From the NCBI GenBank assembly GCA_963700145.1, contig OY969474.1, forward strand, positions 4,768,001-4,832,000: DNA of 64,000 nt, read 5' to 3'. The stretch is from an uncultured Acidobacteriota bacterium (lineage in GTDB: Bacteria; Acidobacteriota; Thermoanaerobaculia; Multivoradales; UBA5704). Shown here in pieces: positions 1 to 11,028 of the stretch. The translations under genes and the position numbers were made by a program. The notes under the pieces were generated by a model that had not been told where the DNA came from, searched no databases, and saw nothing but the letters and a program-made list of their open reading frames with translations. Positions within the stretch are counted from its first letter, which is position 1. Each line of letters starts with the position of its first letter.

Positions 1-167
1 TGCCGCCGGTGCTGCTCTCCGGCGACCACGCGGCGATCGCGCGCTGGCGGCGGCGGGAGGCGCTGCGCGCCACCTGGGAGAAGCGGCCCGACCTGCTGGC
101 GGGGATCGAGCTGACGGCCGAGGAGCGGCGGGAGATCGGGCGCTGGGAGTGGGAAGGGGGCCGCTGA
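1..167 (+). CDS. trmD: tRNA (guanine-N1)-methyltransferase, 3' end (partial)
   Basis: Frame 3 reads [32 protein letters not shown]...*, the TrmD C-terminal motif; canonical position upstream of rplS. Confidence 0.9.
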   Translation, partial: PPVLLSGDHAAIARWRRREALRATWEKRPDLLAGIELTAEERREIGRWEWEGGR

Positions 168-190
168 CGCCGACTTGGCGGCCGCGAGCC

Positions 191-219
191 TTGCATCGCT
201 GTAACCGATAGAGAATAAT
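191..219 (+). promoter_or_regulatory. sigma70-type promoter for rplS
   Basis: TTGCAT-N17-AATAAT in an AT-rich patch upstream of rplS. Confidence 0.5.
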
Positions 220-267
220 CGATGATCCGTCACGCCGAGCGCGTCAAGGATCGATAGGGGAACGGGT

Positions 268-639
268 ATGAACGAGCTGCAACACGTCGAAAGCGCCTAC
301 CTGCACAAAGAGCAGCCCGACTTCCGGCCGGGGGACACGGTCCGGGTGCACGTGCGCGTCGTGGAAGGGGACAAGGAACGCATCCAGGTCTTCCAGGGGA
401 TCGTCATCGGCCGCCGCGGCGACGGCACGCGCGAGACCTTCACCGTGCGCAAGATCTCGGGCGGCGTCGGGGTCGAGCGGATCTTCCCGCTCCACTCGCC
501 GTCGATCGACCGCATCGACCTCATCCGCCGCGGCAAGGTGCGCCGCGCCAAGCTCTACTACCTGCGCGAGCTGCGCGGCAAGGCGGCACGCATCGAAGAG
601 CGGCGCGACGAGCGGCGGGACGAGCCGAAGCCGGCCTGA
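268..639 (+). CDS. rplS: 50S ribosomal protein L19
   Basis: [10 protein letters not shown]...RIQVFQG...[22 protein letters not shown]...[12 protein letters not shown]. Confidence 0.98.
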   Translation: MNELQHVESAYLHKEQPDFRPGDTVRVHVRVVEGDKERIQVFQGIVIGRRGDGTRETFTVRKISGGVGVERIFPLHSPSIDRIDLIRRGKVRRAKLYYLRELRGKAARIEERRDERRDEPKPA

Positions 640-691
640 ACCGGCGCGGCGGCGGGGAGGCACTGACCGAACAAAAGGGGGTGACCCGGCG

Positions 692-1354
692 GTGGCCGCG
701 AGCATGCTGCAGCTCTTCGCCGAGGCGTACCGCCTCCGCCTGCTGCGCGGGCTCGAGGAGCTGCTGGCGGGCGGCGGCTACTGCCGCGTCGCCGGCGTGG
801 ACGAGGCGGGGCGCGGCTCGTTGGCCGGGCCGGTGGTGGCGGCGGCGGTGCTCGCCGACTGCCGCAGCCTGGTCCCCGGGGTGGACGACAGCAAGCACCT
901 GACCGCGCCGGAGCGCGAGCGGCTGGCCGACGCCATCCGCGGCAGCGCGATCGCCACCGCCGTCGTGGCGGTCCCCCCGGACGTCATCGACCGCATCAAC
1001 ATCCTGGAGGCCACCCGCCGCGCCATGCGCCGGGCGCTGGCCGACCTGCGTCCCGTCCCCGACTGCGCGGTGGTGGACGCCGTCCCCCTCCCCGGCGCCG
1101 GCTTCCCCTGCGTGCCGGTGGTGCGCGGCGACTCCGTCTGCTACGCCGTCGCCTGCGCCTCGATCCTCGCCAAAGTGGAGCGCGACCGCCTGATGCGGGA
1201 GCTCGACGTCGAGTACCCGCAGTACGGCTTCGCCGTGCACAAGGGCTACGGCGTCGCCGAGCACGTCGAGGCCCTCGTCGCCTACGGCCCCAGCCCCTGC
1301 CACCGCCTGACCTTCCACTCCGTCATGCCGCGCGTCGGCGACGAGGCCTACTGA
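692..1354 (+). CDS. rnhB: Ribonuclease HII (start may be ATG 704)
   Basis: AGVDEAGRG-LAGPVVAAAV, DSK, ASILAKVERD, HKGY motifs; follows rplS. Confidence 0.95.
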   Translation: MAASMLQLFAEAYRLRLLRGLEELLAGGGYCRVAGVDEAGRGSLAGPVVAAAVLADCRSLVPGVDDSKHLTAPERERLADAIRGSAIATAVVAVPPDVIDRINILEATRRAMRRALADLRPVPDCAVVDAVPLPGAGFPCVPVVRGDSVCYAVACASILAKVERDRLMRELDVEYPQYGFAVHKGYGVAEHVEALVAYGPSPCHRLTFHSVMPRVGDEAY

Positions 1355-1357
1355 GCC

Positions 1358-4024
1358 GTGGCCGTGAAGCGCGAGCAGGTCGTCCAGACCGCCGAGAAGT
1401 ACGTCTCGCGCGGCAAGATCGAGGCGGCGATCAAGGAGTACAAGAAGCTCCTCGCCGAGAACCCCAACGACATCAACACCCTCAACCGCGTCGGCGATCT
1501 TTACGCCCGCATCCAGCGCATCGACGAGGCGGTCGACTTCTTCAACCAGATCGCGGCGCAGTACACCGCCGAGGGCTTCTTCCCCAAGGCCACCGCGATC
1601 TACAAGAAGATCATCAAGCTCGACCCGACGCGGCTGGAGATCTACGAGAAGCTCGCCGAGCTCTACGGCCGCCAGGGGCTGGTCACCGAGGCGCGCGGCC
1701 AGTACCAGGTGCTGGCCGACTACTACCAGAAGCACGAGAACGCCGCCTCCGCCATCGCCATCTACCAGAAGATGGCGGCGCTCGAGCCCGAGAACCCGAC
1801 CTACCACGTCAAGCTGGCCGAGATCTACCAGGCGCAGCGGCTGAACGAAAAGGCGCTCGGCGAGTACCGGACGATCGCCGAGATGATGGTCGCCGCCGGC
1901 CACCCGCAGGAGGCGGCGCAGGTCTACGAGCGGGCCCTCGACCTCGACGCCACGAACATCTCCTTCATTACCGACGCGGTGCTCAAGCTGCGCGAGGCCG
2001 GCCAGGCCGCGGCGGCGGCGCACCTGCTGTCGGTGGCCGTCGAGCACAACCCGCAGGCCGAGCGGGTGGCGCGGCTGGTGGGGCTGGGGGAGCCCCCGCA
2101 CGCCGAGCCGGCGGCCCAGGCTTCGGCCGCCGCGGTCGAGGCGCCGCCCTCGGCCGCCGGGCCGGAAGCGCCGCCCGAAGCGCCTGACATTGAGCTGCCG
2201 CAGGAGTTCGCGCTCGAGCCGGAGCTGGCGGCCCCCCCGGCCCGGTCCGCGACGCCCGCGGCCCCGGTGCCCCCGGCCGCGGAGCCCGAGGAGTACGAGC
2301 TCGACCTCGACGACGCCTTCGTCCTCGACCTCGACGACGAGAGCACCCCCTCGAGTCTCGTGGCGCCGCCGCCCGACGTGCTGGAGACGAGCCGCCCCGC
2401 CTGGTCGCACGCCGCCGAGGCGGTCCAGCCCGCCGCGCCGCCGCCGGCGGCCCCACCCCCCCAGGCCGCGGCCCCTGCCGAGGAGGAAGCCCTCGAGGAT
2501 TCGGTCCTCGACTTCGACCTCGGCGTCCTGGAGGAGCTGGAGTCGCCGCCGCCGGCGCCGGCCGGCGCGCCCGCCGCCCCCGAGCTCGACGAGGAGGACC
2601 TGGGGGCGATCGACGCCTTCGAGCTGGAGCTCGAGCCGCTGCCGGAGCTGGAGGAGCTGGCGCCGCTGCCGGACATCCCCATGCCCCCCCCGCTGGCGGT
2701 GCCGCCGCCGGGCGCGCCGCTGGAGCTCAACCACGTTGTCTTGGAGCGCGCCGCCGACGAGGTCGCGCCGCCGCGCCCCAAGGAGCGGGACGAGGACCTG
2801 GTCACCGAGGCCGAGGTGCTGGCCAAGTACGGCCTCGAGGAGAAGGCTTTCGAGCGCCTGCGCCAGGCCCTCCGTCTCAACCCGCGGCACCTCGAAGCGC
2901 ACGCCGTGATGGTGCAGCTCCACCTGGAGAAGGGGCGGCACGCCAAGGTCGCGGAGCTGGCCCAGGAGATGGCGAAGGTCGCCGCCCGGGCGCGCAACGA
3001 CGAGCCCTGGCAGCGGGTGCGGCGGCGCCTCCTCGGGGCCGGCTTCACGGTGGAGGAGAACCGCGTGGTAGCGCCGCCGCCGCGCGCCGCGGCGCGCGAC
3101 AAGGAGATCGAGAAGCTCCTCAAGGGGCTGCTCGAAGTACCGGCGGCGAAGGCGAAGAAGGGGAAGCCGGCGCCGCCGGCGATCCCCGCGCCGACGCCGG
3201 AGCCCGCCGCGCCGCCGCCGCTGGCCGCCACGCCGCCTCCGGCGCCGCCGCAGGCTGCGCCGCCCTCTCTCCGCCGCACCGGCAAGATCGACCTGCGCGG
3301 CCTCGGGCAGGAGATCGCCGCCGAGGAGTTCGGCGACATCGAAGAGATGCTGGACGCGACACCGGGGAGCGTGCCGCTGGTGCCGCCCGAGGACCTCCTG
3401 CCGGCGCACCTCGACGACACCGGCATGAGCTGGCTGGAGGAGGCGGACAACCGGAAGCGCACCGGCGGCATCCCGTCCGGGCGCCTGTTCGCCGCCGAGG
3501 AGGAGTTCTTCGACCTCGCCGGCGAGCTGGAGGAGGAGCTGTCGCGCGAGGGGCTCGCCACCGGCGAGCTGTTGATCCAGCCGCGCGAGCAGTCGCTGGA
3601 GGAGATCGTCGAGGGGTTCAAGAAGGGGGTGGCGGAGAACCTCTCGGCGACCGACTACGAGACCCACTTCAACCTGGGCATCGCCTACCGCGAGATGGGG
3701 CTCCTCGACGAGGCGATCGGCGAGTTCCAGCTCGCCGCCAAGAGCCCGGCGCACCTGGTCTCCTGCTGCTCGATGCTCGGGCTCTGCTTCCTCGACAAGG
3801 GGCTCCCCGAGCTGGCGGTCAAGTGGTACCGGCGTGGCCTCCAGACCCCCGGCGTCGGCGAGGAGGACGCCGCCGGCCTGCTCTACGACCTCGGCAACGT
3901 GCAGATGGAGCTGGGGGAGAACGACGCGGCCTACCGCACCTTCGTCGAGCTCTACGGCATCAACACCAACTACCGCGACGTCGTGGCCAAGCTCGAGGAG
4001 CTCGGCCCCAGCCGCAGCTCCTGA
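1358..4024 (+). CDS. Large tetratricopeptide-repeat protein (SgmX-like architecture): N-terminal TPR array, acidic/Pro-rich linker, C-terminal TPRs
   Basis: TPR helices (GDLYARI, AIAIYQKM); C-terminal DYETHFNLGIAYREMGLLDEAIGEFQ. Confidence 0.8.
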   Translation: MAVKREQVVQTAEKYVSRGKIEAAIKEYKKLLAENPNDINTLNRVGDLYARIQRIDEAVDFFNQIAAQYTAEGFFPKATAIYKKIIKLDPTRLEIYEKLAELYGRQGLVTEARGQYQVLADYYQKHENAASAIAIYQKMAALEPENPTYHVKLAEIYQAQRLNEKALGEYRTIAEMMVAAGHPQEAAQVYERALDLDATNISFITDAVLKLREAGQAAAAAHLLSVAVEHNPQAERVARLVGLGEPPHAEPAAQASAAAVEAPPSAAGPEAPPEAPDIELPQEFALEPELAAPPARSATPAAPVPPAAEPEEYELDLDDAFVLDLDDESTPSSLVAPPPDVLETSRPAWSHAAEAVQPAAPPPAAPPPQAAAPAEEEALEDSVLDFDLGVLEELESPPPAPAGAPAAPELDEEDLGAIDAFELELEPLPELEELAPLPDIPMPPPLAVPPPGAPLELNHVVLERAADEVAPPRPKERDEDLVTEAEVLAKYGLEEKAFERLRQALRLNPRHLEAHAVMVQLHLEKGRHAKVAELAQEMAKVAARARNDEPWQRVRRRLLGAGFTVEENRVVAPPPRAAARDKEIEKLLKGLLEVPAAKAKKGKPAPPAIPAPTPEPAAPPPLAATPPPAPPQAAPPSLRRTGKIDLRGLGQEIAAEEFGDIEEMLDATPGSVPLVPPEDLLPAHLDDTGMSWLEEADNRKRTGGIPSGRLFAAEEEFFDLAGELEEELSREGLATGELLIQPREQSLEEIVEGFKKGVAENLSATDYETHFNLGIAYREMGLLDEAIGEFQLAAKSPAHLVSCCSMLGLCFLDKGLPELAVKWYRRGLQTPGVGEEDAAGLLYDLGNVQMELGENDAAYRTFVELYGINTNYRDVVAKLEELGPSRSS

Positions 4025-4025
4025 C

Positions 4026-5165
<1,140 letters not shown>

Positions 5166-5175
5166 GGCGCCGCGG

Positions 5176-5195
5176 ATCTTACGTCACGATACACT
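5176..5195. promoter_or_regulatory. Back-to-back -10 elements in a 36-bp divergent gap
   Basis: TACACT (5190-5195) 6 nt before GTG 5202; TAAGAT on the minus strand (5181-5176) 10 nt before ATG 5165; no SD for either gene. Confidence 0.5.
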
Positions 5196-5201
5196 CCCGG
5201 C

Positions 5202-6239
5202 GTGGCCCGCACGATCACCCTCATCCCCGGCGACGGGATCGGCCCCGAGGTCAGCGCCGCCACCGTGCGGGTGCTGGAGGCGGCGGGCGCGGAGCTGGAG
5301 TTCGAGACCCACCTCGCCGGCGCCGAGGCGCTGGCGAAGTACGGCGATCCCCTCCCCGACGCGCTGATCGAGTCGGTCGAGCGCCACCGTGTGGCGCTCA
5401 AGGGGCCGGTCACGACGCCGGTCGGCACCGGCTTCCGCTCGATCAACGTCGAGCTGCGCCAGCGCTTCGAGCTCTACGCCAACCTCCGCCCGGCGCGCAC
5501 CCTGGAGAGCCTGCCGACGCTCTTCCCCGGCGTCGACATCGTCGTGGTGCGCGAGAACACCGAGGACCTCTACAGCGGCCTCGAGCACGTCGTCGTGCCG
5601 GGGGTGGTGGAGAGCTTGAAGATCATCACCGCCAAGGCCTCGACGCGCATCGCCCGCTGGGCCTTCGAGTACGCGCGCCGCAACGGACGGAAGCGCATCA
5701 CCGCCGTGCACAAGGCCAACATCATGAAGCTCTCGGACGGCCTCTTCCTGGAGTGCTTCCGCACCGTCGCCAAGGACTACCCGGAGATCAAGGCCGACGA
5801 CAAGATCGTCGACAACATGTGCATGCAGCTGGTGACCCGGCCGCAGGACTGGGACATGCTGCTGATGGAGAATCTCTACGGCGACATCGTCTCCGACCTC
5901 TGCGCCGGCCTGGTCGGCGGGCTCGGCGTCGTGCCGGGGGCCAACATCGGCGACGACGCGGCGGTCTTCGAGGCGGTGCACGGCAGCGCCCCCGACATCG
6001 CCGGGAAGAACCTCGCCAACCCCCTCGCCCTGATGCGCTCGGCGATCCTCATGCTCCGCCACCTCGGGAAGGACGAGGTCGCCGAGCGGGTGCGCGCCGC
6101 CATCCGCGATGTCGTGGTGCGCCAGAAGATCCGCACCCGCGACCTCGGCGGCGAAGCCACGACCAGCGGCTTCGCCGACGCGGTGGTCGGGGCGATCGAG
6201 CGCGGCGCGACGGTCGCGGCCGCGCCCCGGGAGGCGTGA
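5202..6239 (+). CDS. Isocitrate/isopropylmalate dehydrogenase family (probable NAD-dependent IDH)
   Basis: ITLIPGDGIGPEV, RENTEDLY, VHKANIMK, NLYGDIVSDL, EAVHGSAPDIAG; true start GTG 5202 within the longer called ORF. Confidence 0.92.
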   Translation: MARTITLIPGDGIGPEVSAATVRVLEAAGAELEFETHLAGAEALAKYGDPLPDALIESVERHRVALKGPVTTPVGTGFRSINVELRQRFELYANLRPARTLESLPTLFPGVDIVVVRENTEDLYSGLEHVVVPGVVESLKIITAKASTRIARWAFEYARRNGRKRITAVHKANIMKLSDGLFLECFRTVAKDYPEIKADDKIVDNMCMQLVTRPQDWDMLLMENLYGDIVSDLCAGLVGGLGVVPGANIGDDAAVFEAVHGSAPDIAGKNLANPLALMRSAILMLRHLGKDEVAERVRAAIRDVVVRQKIRTRDLGGEATTSGFADAVVGAIERGATVAAAPREA

Positions 6240-8248
6240 TGGCGACCGAGGTCCACGAGACCGCCTGCCCGCTCGACTGCCCCGACGCCTGCGGCCTCGA
6301 GGTGACGGTCGAGGACGGGCGCGTCACCAAGGTGGCGGCGAGCGACGCCCACCCTTTCACCGCCGGCTTCATCTGCTCGAAGGTGGCGCGCTTCCCGCGC
6401 CACCTCTACGGGCCCGAGCGGCTGCTCCACCCGGGGCGGCGCGCCGGCGGCAAGGGGGAGGGGCGGTTCGAGCGGCTCTCCTGGGACGACGCGCTCGACC
6501 TCCTGGCCGGCAAGCTCGCCGCGGTGCGCGAGCGGAGCGGCGGCGAGGCGATCCTGCCCCTCTACTACGGCGGCTCGAACGGCCTCCTGACCCAGGAGAC
6601 GACCGACCACCGCCTCTTCCACCGCCTCGGCGCCTCGCGCCTCGAGCGCACCGTCTGCGCCGCGCCCACCGGCCGCGCCGCCACCGGCCTCTACGGCAAG
6701 TTCCCGGGGATCGCTCTCGGCGATTTCGCGCACGCGCGGCTGATCGTCCTCTGGGGGGTGAACCCGTCGGCCTCGGGCATCCACCTGGTGCCGGTGGTTC
6801 TCGACGCGCAGGCGGCGGGGGCGACGCTCGTCGTCGTCGATCCGCGCCGCACGCCGCTCGCCGCCAAGGCCGACCTCCACCTGGCGCCGCGGCCGGGGAC
6901 CGACCTGCCGCTGGCGCTGGCGGTCATCCGCTGGCTTTTCGCCGAGGGGCGGGCCGACCTCGCCTTCCTCGCCGCCCACGCGACCGGCGCCGAGGAGCTG
7001 CGACGGCGGGCCGAGCCCTGGACCCTGGAGCGCGCGGCGGCGGCCTGCGGCGTGCCGGCGGCGGCGATCGAGCGCTTCGCCCGGCTCTATGCCGAGGCCT
7101 CGCCGGCGGTCGTCCGCTGCGGCTGGGGCCTCGAGCGCAACCGCAACGGCGGCTCGGCGGTGGCGGCGGTGCTGGCGCTGCCGGCGGTGGCGGGGAAGTT
7201 CGGGGTGCGCGGCGGCGGCTACACGCTGAGCAACTCTGGCGCCTACAAGATGGACCGCGAGCGCGCCCTCGGGGCGCCCGAGCCGCCGACGAGGCGGGTC
7301 AACATGAACCACGTCGGCCGGGTGCTGACCGACGGCGCCGAGCCGCCCGTCGAGCTCCTCTTCGTCTACAACTGCAACCCGCTGGCGACTCTCCCCAACC
7401 AGGAGCTGGTGCGCCGCGGCCTGGAGCGCGAGGACCTCTTCACCGTCGTCTTCGACCAGGTGATGACCGACACCGCGCGCTACGCCGACCTGGTGCTGCC
7501 GGCGACGACGTTCCTGGAGCACGCCGAGCTGTCGCGCGGCTACGGGGCGTACATCGTCCATAGGAGCGCGCCGGTCATCGCGCCGGTCGGGGAGGCGCGC
7601 GGCAACGTCGAGGTCTTCGCCGACCTCTGCCGCCGGCTCGGGCTGGCGCAGCCGGGGGACGCGGAGACGGCGGACGAGCTGGCCGAGGCGCTGCTGCCGG
7701 AGCGGCTGCGCGCCGAGCTGCCGGGGCCGGGGACGGCCTTGCCGGAATGCGGCGCCTCCCCGGTGCAGTTCGTGGACGTCTTCCCCTACACGCCGGACCG
7801 GAAGGTCCACCTGGTGCCGGAGGCGCTCGACCGCGAGGCGCCGGAGGGGCTCTACGCCTTCCGCCCCGACCCGGCGACCGCGGCCTTCCCGCTGGCGCTC
7901 ATCTCGCCGGCCACCGGCCGGACGGTGAGCTCGACCTTCGGCCAGCTCGTGCGCGGCAAGGTGCCGCTGGAGATCCATCCCGACGACGCCGCGCCGCGCG
8001 GCATCGCCGACGGCGCCCCCGTGCGCGTCTGGAACGAGTACGGCGAGGTGCGCTGCGCCGCGCGCCTGACGCGCGACCTCAAGCCGGGCGTCGTCCTTCT
8101 CCCCAAGGGCCTCTGGAGCCACAACACCGACAGCGGCACCACCGCCAACGCCCTCGCCCCCGACACCCTCGCCGACCTCGGCGGCGGCGCCTGCTTCAAC
8201 GACGCCCGGGTGGAGGTGGCGCGCTCACAGCGCGGGGTGGAGAGTTAG
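6239..8248 (+). CDS. Molybdopterin-dependent oxidoreductase (DMSO reductase family) with N-terminal Fe-S motif
   Basis: CPLDCPDAC...ICSK, DTARYADLVLPA, C-terminal molybdopterin dinucleotide-binding domain; ATG overlaps the upstream TGA. Confidence 0.9.
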   Translation: MATEVHETACPLDCPDACGLEVTVEDGRVTKVAASDAHPFTAGFICSKVARFPRHLYGPERLLHPGRRAGGKGEGRFERLSWDDALDLLAGKLAAVRERSGGEAILPLYYGGSNGLLTQETTDHRLFHRLGASRLERTVCAAPTGRAATGLYGKFPGIALGDFAHARLIVLWGVNPSASGIHLVPVVLDAQAAGATLVVVDPRRTPLAAKADLHLAPRPGTDLPLALAVIRWLFAEGRADLAFLAAHATGAEELRRRAEPWTLERAAAACGVPAAAIERFARLYAEASPAVVRCGWGLERNRNGGSAVAAVLALPAVAGKFGVRGGGYTLSNSGAYKMDRERALGAPEPPTRRVNMNHVGRVLTDGAEPPVELLFVYNCNPLATLPNQELVRRGLEREDLFTVVFDQVMTDTARYADLVLPATTFLEHAELSRGYGAYIVHRSAPVIAPVGEARGNVEVFADLCRRLGLAQPGDAETADELAEALLPERLRAELPGPGTALPECGASPVQFVDVFPYTPDRKVHLVPEALDREAPEGLYAFRPDPATAAFPLALISPATGRTVSSTFGQLVRGKVPLEIHPDDAAPRGIADGAPVRVWNEYGEVRCAARLTRDLKPGVVLLPKGLWSHNTDSGTTANALAPDTLADLGGGACFNDARVEVARSQRGVES

Positions 8249-8601
8249 TTCTCCGGGAGAGACGGTTCGGCGAGGAGAGCTTCGAGGAGAGGGATCAGCG
8301 GTGGGAGATCGCTCTGGATGGTCTTCCAGAGGACCGTTGCGTCCACTCCAAAATACTCGTGGACGATGACGTTGCGCATGTCTCGCATGTCTGCCCACGG
8401 CATGTCCGGGAATCTCGCCGTGACGGTTTCCGGTACTCTCGCCGCCGCCTCGCCGATGACCGCGAAGTTCAGGCAGACGGCGTCGATTGTCTTCTCGTCT
8501 GCGGCGAAGGCCTCGAAGGTCATCCCCGCCGTGTGGCGGCGGAGCTTCTGGATGGCAGCAAGGATGTCCTTCAGTCGCAGCCGCCAGTCCCTAGGCGGCA
8601 C
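8245..8601 (-). CDS. HepT/DUF86-like HEPN ribonuclease toxin
   Basis: IGEAA and RNVIVHEYFGVD (Rx4H) motifs. Confidence 0.9.
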   Translation of the reverse strand: MPPRDWRLRLKDILAAIQKLRRHTAGMTFEAFAADEKTIDAVCLNFAVIGEAAARVPETVTARFPDMPWADMRDMRNVIVHEYFGVDATVLWKTIQSDLPPLIPLLEALLAEPSLPEN

Positions 8602-8902
8602 GGACGGCCTCGCGCAGGACCTCTTCCCGAAATTGCTCTCGCAGGGCGGCCGCAGTGGCGAGGTCGACGCGCCGGGAGAGGAGCTCCTCGAGGTGGCGCT
8701 TGAGGCCGAGGAAGGCGAAGAGGCCCACCGGTTGCTCGAACTCCACCAGTAGGTCCACGTCGCTGTCGGCGCTCGCCTCCCCTCTCGCGATCGAGCCGAA
8801 CAGGTAGAGCGACTTCACTCCGCGCTGACGCATCTCGTCCCGGTGCTCCTGCAGCACCTGCAAGATTTCCGCAGCCAGCGGGATCGAGGATCCGGCGCTC
8901 AT
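8591..8902 (-). CDS. MNT-family nucleotidyltransferase antitoxin
   Basis: LFGSIARGEASADSDVDLLV (GSx10DxD); overlaps the HEPN gene start. Confidence 0.9.
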   Translation of the reverse strand: MSAGSSIPLAAEILQVLQEHRDEMRQRGVKSLYLFGSIARGEASADSDVDLLVEFEQPVGLFAFLGLKRHLEELLSRRVDLATAAALREQFREEVLREAVRAA

Positions 8903-8965
8903 CGCTTCACCCTTCTTCGAGTCTAGCAGCGCACAGCGGGCCTTCCGAGAGAGAATGCTCACGCC

Positions 8966-10330
8966 ATGCCCCGGACTCTCTTCGACGACCAGGAAGCGGC
9001 ACGGCAGGTCGAGGAGGCCGCGCCGGCGGCGGGGTCGCCGCTCGCCGAGCGGATGCGGCCGCGGACGCTCGAGGAGGTGGTGGGGCAGGAGGCGCTGGTG
9101 GGGGAGAAGGGGTTCCTCCGCCGCGCCATCGCCGCCGACCGGGTGCCGTCGCTCATCTTCTGGGGGCCGCCGGGGTCGGGGAAGACCACCCTCGCCCGCC
9201 TGATCGCCGCCGCCACGTCCTCGCGCTTCGTCCCCTTCTCAGCCGTCACCTCCGGCATCAAGGAGGTGCGCGAGGTGATGGCCGAGGCCGCGCGCCTGCG
9301 CCAGGCGCGGGGCCGCCGCACCCTCCTCTTCGTCGACGAGATCCACCGCTTCAACCGCGCGCAGCAGGACGCCTTCCTCCCCTACGTCGAGCGCGGCGAC
9401 ATCGTCCTGGTCGGCGCCACCACCGAGAACCCCTCCTTCGAGCTCAACGCCGCGCTGCTGTCGCGCACCCGCGTCGTCGTCCTCGAGCCGCTCTCCCCGG
9501 AGGACCTCCTCACCGTCGTCCGCCGCGCCCTCGCCGACCCCGAGCGCGGCGCCGGCGGCGCCGGGCTCGAGATTGCCGAGGAGGCGCTCGCGGCGATCGT
9601 CCAGCTCGCCGGCGGGGACGCCCGCAAGGCCCTGAATCTCTTGGAGCTGGTCGCCGCCGACGCCGCCGAGCGCGCGGCGACCGACGTCGACGCCGAGACC
9701 GTCCGCCGCGTCGCGCAGCGCAAGGTCCTGCTCTACGACAAGGCCGGCGAGGAGCACTTCAACCTCATCTCGGCGCTCCACAAGTCGCTGCGCGACAGCG
9801 ACGCCGACGCCGCCCTCTACTGGCTGGCGCGCATGCTCGCCGCCGGCGAGGACCCGCTCTACCTGGCGCGGCGCATGGTCCGCTTCGCCAGCGAGGACGT
9901 CGGGCTCGCCGACCCCGCGGCGCTGCCGCAGGCGCTCGCCGCCTGGGACACCTTCCACCGCCTCGGCTCGCCGGAGGGGGAGCTGGCGCTGGCGCAGGCG
10001 GCGCTCTACCTGGCGCTGGCGCCCAAGAGCAACGCCGTCTACACCGCCTACGGCGAGGCGCGGCGGACCGTCGAGGAGCGCCCCGCCGACCCGGTGCCGA
10101 TGTCGATCCGCAACGCGCCGACGCGGCTGATGAAAGGGCTGGGCTACGGCGCCGGCTACGTCTACGCCCACGACACCGACGAGGGGGTGGGCGGCCTCGA
10201 CTGCCTCCCCGACTCCCTCCAGGGGACCCGCTTCTACCAGCCGACGGAGCGCGGCTTCGAAGCCGAGCTCGGCAAGCGCCTAGCGGCCTTCAAGGCGTTG
10301 CGCGCGAAGGCGAAGGAGACACGGTCGTGA
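8966..10330 (+). CDS. rarA: Replication-associated recombination protein A (MgsA)
   Basis: PLAERMRP, WGPPGSGKTT, DEIHRFN, GATTENPSF, ISALHKS. Confidence 0.96.
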   Translation: MPRTLFDDQEAARQVEEAAPAAGSPLAERMRPRTLEEVVGQEALVGEKGFLRRAIAADRVPSLIFWGPPGSGKTTLARLIAAATSSRFVPFSAVTSGIKEVREVMAEAARLRQARGRRTLLFVDEIHRFNRAQQDAFLPYVERGDIVLVGATTENPSFELNAALLSRTRVVVLEPLSPEDLLTVVRRALADPERGAGGAGLEIAEEALAAIVQLAGGDARKALNLLELVAADAAERAATDVDAETVRRVAQRKVLLYDKAGEEHFNLISALHKSLRDSDADAALYWLARMLAAGEDPLYLARRMVRFASEDVGLADPAALPQALAAWDTFHRLGSPEGELALAQAALYLALAPKSNAVYTAYGEARRTVEERPADPVPMSIRNAPTRLMKGLGYGAGYVYAHDTDEGVGGLDCLPDSLQGTRFYQPTERGFEAELGKRLAAFKALRAKAKETRS

Positions 10331-11007
10331 AAAAGACGTGCGCTCTCGCCGCCGTCCCCTTGGCCCTCTTCCTGGCGCACTGCCGGCCCAAGAGCGTGGA
10401 GGACCGGGTCGCGGCACTGCCGGAGCTGCCGGCGGAGATCGCCGCCACGCTGGATCCCGAGACCTTGGCGACGAGGATCGTCTCGAACCCCAGTCTGCCG
10501 GTCACGGCCGCGGCCCCGGCAGCGGCGCCCATTCCCTGTTGCACGGTCTCGGAGAAGCGCCATCTGACGGTCAGGTTCCGCTTCACCAAGTGCACCGCGC
10601 CGGTCGGAGATTTCGATCCCGAGGGCGTCCTGACGGAAGGCGGGCCAGGCGGCGCCCGGCCCACCCTGCACCGGCTCACCGAGCTCCGCGGGCGGACGCT
10701 CTCCCCCGTCAGGTTCTGTTTCACCAGGTCGGGTCCGTGGAACGCCGTCTTCACGGAGCTGCGGGCCTGCTCCCCGGCGACGCCGCACCGCACCCTGGCG
10801 ATCTCCGCCCTGGGCGACGTCGTTCATTTCGAGTGGGCGGGCCTCCAGCCCGCTCCGGCCAACGTGCTGGTCCTCAGTTGCCGCACGGAAGGGATCGAGC
10901 GGAGCTTGTGCCCCGGCGCGAGTCTCGACTGTAAGTGCCTCAGTGCGCCGTGCACGGCCCCCGCGGCCTGTCCGTGCCCGCTGGAGCTGCCGTCCGGAGA
11001 TTCCTAG
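10327..11007 (+). CDS. Cys-rich putative lipoprotein, unknown function
   Basis: Signal peptide ending LAHC (lipobox-like); many Cys; GTG overlaps rarA stop. Confidence 0.6.
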   Translation: MKKTCALAAVPLALFLAHCRPKSVEDRVAALPELPAEIAATLDPETLATRIVSNPSLPVTAAAPAAAPIPCCTVSEKRHLTVRFRFTKCTAPVGDFDPEGVLTEGGPGGARPTLHRLTELRGRTLSPVRFCFTRSGPWNAVFTELRACSPATPHRTLAISALGDVVHFEWAGLQPAPANVLVLSCRTEGIERSLCPGASLDCKCLSAPCTAPAACPCPLELPSGDS

Positions 11008-11028
11008 GCAATCGACGAGGAGGAAGCC

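Noticed and set aside
521-3754. Very long antisense or alternative-frame ORFs (e.g. 521-3754, 10234-14070, 37237-40821, 43124-45583, 48333-50747)
   Set aside because: Shadow ORFs of well-supported genes in high-GC DNA; Arg/Gly/Ala-rich with no motifs
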